A stretch of DNA of 64,000 bases from Chiloscyllium plagiosum. Taxonomy: Eukaryota. Below, one piece after another: positions 61,629-64,000 of the stretch; the first letter of the stretch is position 1; each line of letters starts with the position of its first letter. The DNA lies in contig NC_057720.1 in assembly GCF_004010195.1 (NCBI RefSeq), positions 9,009,646-9,073,645 on the forward strand, written 5' to 3'. Both the position numbers and the translations under genes were made by a program. The notes beneath the pieces were generated by a model that ran no database searches, was not told where the DNA came from, and was given only the letters and a program-made list of their open reading frames with translations.

Positions 61629-62500
61629 GACAAAGAAAAACAGGAATGTCAGGAGCCGTGCTCACTCTGGGAGCTGGCTCTGTGCTAGCTGGGTCAGTGC
61701 CATATACTATGATGGGATACCAGCCTTCATGAAGTTACCTCACCCATAAGCACTTTGTTTGAAGTCACTGCCGTTGAATTCCTGGAGCGTCACATCCCAC
61801 AGACATCACCATATCTATGCAGGTTGCTCTTTTTGAGGACAGCAACAAGCACTGTTGCTTTGGCACATTTCAGCTTCATGTATTGATTGGGTGAAAGGAA
61901 CTAAAAAAAAACCATGTACAGCATGAAGCTCCTGTTTCTGTGTGATTGATGGGATCTAACCAAATGACGCATTATGGAGACTTCCCTATTGTCATATCAT
62001 TGCTGTTGGGAGCTGTGTAGAAATGCTATCTTTACCACCTTTGTAATATTTGTAAAAGTACGCCACACATTTTAACATGAACATTACAAAAGGTTCTTAT
62101 CCCAAAATTTAACTTGCTTCCATGAGGAATGAACTGCAGATATCTGAAACTAAAACAGAAATTTCTGGAAAATCTCAGCAGGTCTGGCATCATCTGTGCA
62201 GAGAAAGCAGTCACTCTTCTTCAGAGCTGAGCCTCCACGAGTCTTGTTCTAATCTTAGATGTCTCAACATGAGTGCAACATTTTTTTAGGAACAATGCAT
62301 AAGTTTGCATCAAATTTATATTTTGTATTTTATCTTAACAGAGACACATGGTTTTAGTTTTGTTGTTGAGTTATTCATGGTGCCTGGATGTTTATTTGTT
62401 TACATGGATTTTTATTGAAGTTTTATTGAGGTTTTACAATTGTTGAAACAATGAGATGCAAATTAGTGGATTACCAAAAAAAAAGAAAAATCTGCACCGT

Positions 62501-63441
62501 TCATAGAATCCCTACAGTATGGAAAGAAGTCATTCAGCCCATCAAGTCTGCATCAATCCTCCGGAAAACATCCCACCTAAACCCAGCCCCCCCACTTTAC
62601 CAATAATTCTGCACTTACCATGGCTAATCCACCTGGACACTATGGGGCAATTTGGTATGGCTAATCCACCCTAACCTGTAATCCCTGGACACTACAGAGC
62701 AATTTGGCCTGGTCAATCCACCTTAACCTGCATGGCCCGGGACACTACAGGGCAATTTAGCAGGGCCAATCAACCCTAACCTGTACAGCCCTGGACACTA
62801 CGAGGCAATTTGGCATGGCTAATCTACCCTAACCTGTACATCCCTGGAAACAGCAGGGCAATTTGGTATGGCTAATACATCCTTCCCGGTACATTCTTGG
62901 AAACAACGGGGCAATTTGGTGTGGCTAATACACCCTAACCTGTTCATTCCTGGAAAGTATGGGGCAATGTACAATGGCCAATCCACCCTAGCCTGTACAT
63001 CCATGGAAACAACGGGACTATTTGATATGGCTAATCCACCCTAACCTGTACATTCCTGGACACTACAGGGCAATTTAGCATAGCCAATCCACCCTAACCT
63101 GTACATTCCTGGACACTGCATGGCAATTTAGCGCGGCCAATCCACCCTAACCTGTACATCCCTGGATGCTATGGGATATTTTAGCCTGGCTAATCCACCC
63201 TAACCTGTACATTCTTGGACACTACAGGGCAATTTAGCGTGGCCAATCCACCCTAACCTGTACATTCCTGGACACTATGGGACATTTTAGCCTGGCTAAT
63301 CCACTCTAACCTGTACATCCCTGGACACTATGAGGCAATTTAGCCTGGCCAACTCACTCTAACCTGTACATTTTTAGACGGTAAGAGGAATCCGGAACAC
63401 CTGGAAGAAACCCACGCAGACATGGGGAGAATGTGCAAACG
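62501..63441 (-). mobile_element. HE1-like SINE with an expanded internal repeat
   Basis: SINE tail at 62501-62545; body resumes at ~63375. Confidence 0.85.
62621..63375. repeat. 53-bp tandem array, ~14 units
   Basis: Unit TGGCTAATCCACCCTAACCTGTACATTCCTGGACACTACAGGGCAATTTAGCA. Confidence 0.92.
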
Positions 63442-63500
63442 CCCAGTTTTGGGAAGGCAACCCAACTCCCTAGGCAACTCCCAATTGCCTAGCAACATGG

Positions 63501-63775
63501 ATTAGATTAGATTACTTACAGTGTGGAAACAGGCCCTTCGGCCCAACAAGTCCACACCGCCCTGCCGAAGCGCAACCCACCCATACCCCTACATTTACCC
63601 CTTACCTAACACTACGGGCAATTTAGCATGGCCAATTCACCTGACCTGCACATCTTTGGACTGTGGGAGGAAACCGGAGCACCCGGAGGAAACCCACGCA
63701 GACACGGGGAGAACATGCAAACTCCACACAGTCAGTCGCCTGAGGCGGGAATTGAACCCGGGTCTCTGGTGCTGG
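63501..63775 (-). mobile_element. Young HE1-like SINE, slightly 5'-truncated
   Basis: CpG-rich, (ATTAG)n tail. Confidence 0.9.
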
Positions 63776-64000
63776 GATCCACAGAGAGGTCCAGCAGTCA
63801 GTCTGTCTGTATGTGGGTGTACTACAGTGTGGATGTCAAAATGTCAAAGCCTTTCATTAAGAAAAACAATAATGTTGCTGCCAACATACACGATCAAACT
63901 CTTGTGTTTGTTATGAAATTAAAATAAGAGAAATTTTAGTTTTCCCTTTGTTTTATGTGTCATATGTAGCAATACCAGCTGGTTATGAAAAACATTTAAT

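Larger units (their letters stand above)
58968..61742 (+). mobile_element. Solo LTR (58968-59083 + 61641-61742) split by stacked insertions
   Basis: TG..CA ends; CCCAT on both flanks (58963-58967 / 61743-61747); inverted CCAAT boxes CCCTGATTG..CCAATCAGGG; TATA ATATAAA at 59068; the halves align with 43561-43793. Confidence 0.85.

Noticed and set aside
62621..63375. CRISPR-like regular array
   Set aside because: Contiguous tandem units with no unique spacers, derived from a SINE in eukaryotic DNA

Overview
Repeat-dense vertebrate intronic/intergenic DNA with two assembly gaps (16156-16908, ~48943-49319). The repeat content (HE1/V-type SINEs sharing tails with CR1/HER1 LINEs, Deu-domain SINEs, abundant Penelope termini) points to an elasmobranch (shark) genome; this is an inference. 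I could not support any host protein-coding exon. Nearly all ORF-track hits are fragments of retroelements: CR1 (including one full-length, decayed copy at ~25461-30139, minus strand), L2, RTE, Rex/Babar, Penelope and Tx1/L1. The most unusual structure is a solo LTR (58968-61742; TG..CA ends, CCCAT target duplication) split just after its TATA box. A stack of non-LTR retroelement 3' ends sits in the split, each separated by another copy of the motif (T)AAACAGGAGTGT, which suggests Tx1-clade elements that target an LTR family. Other notable items are short, often palindromic Penelope-derived inserts carrying minimal hammerhead ribozyme motifs, a candidate non-tRNA SINE-like family with a Rex/Babar tail, deep TE nesting, and a few repeat-free enhancer-like islands. 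Family names come from motif recognition by eye, not database searches, and boundaries of old repeats are approximate.
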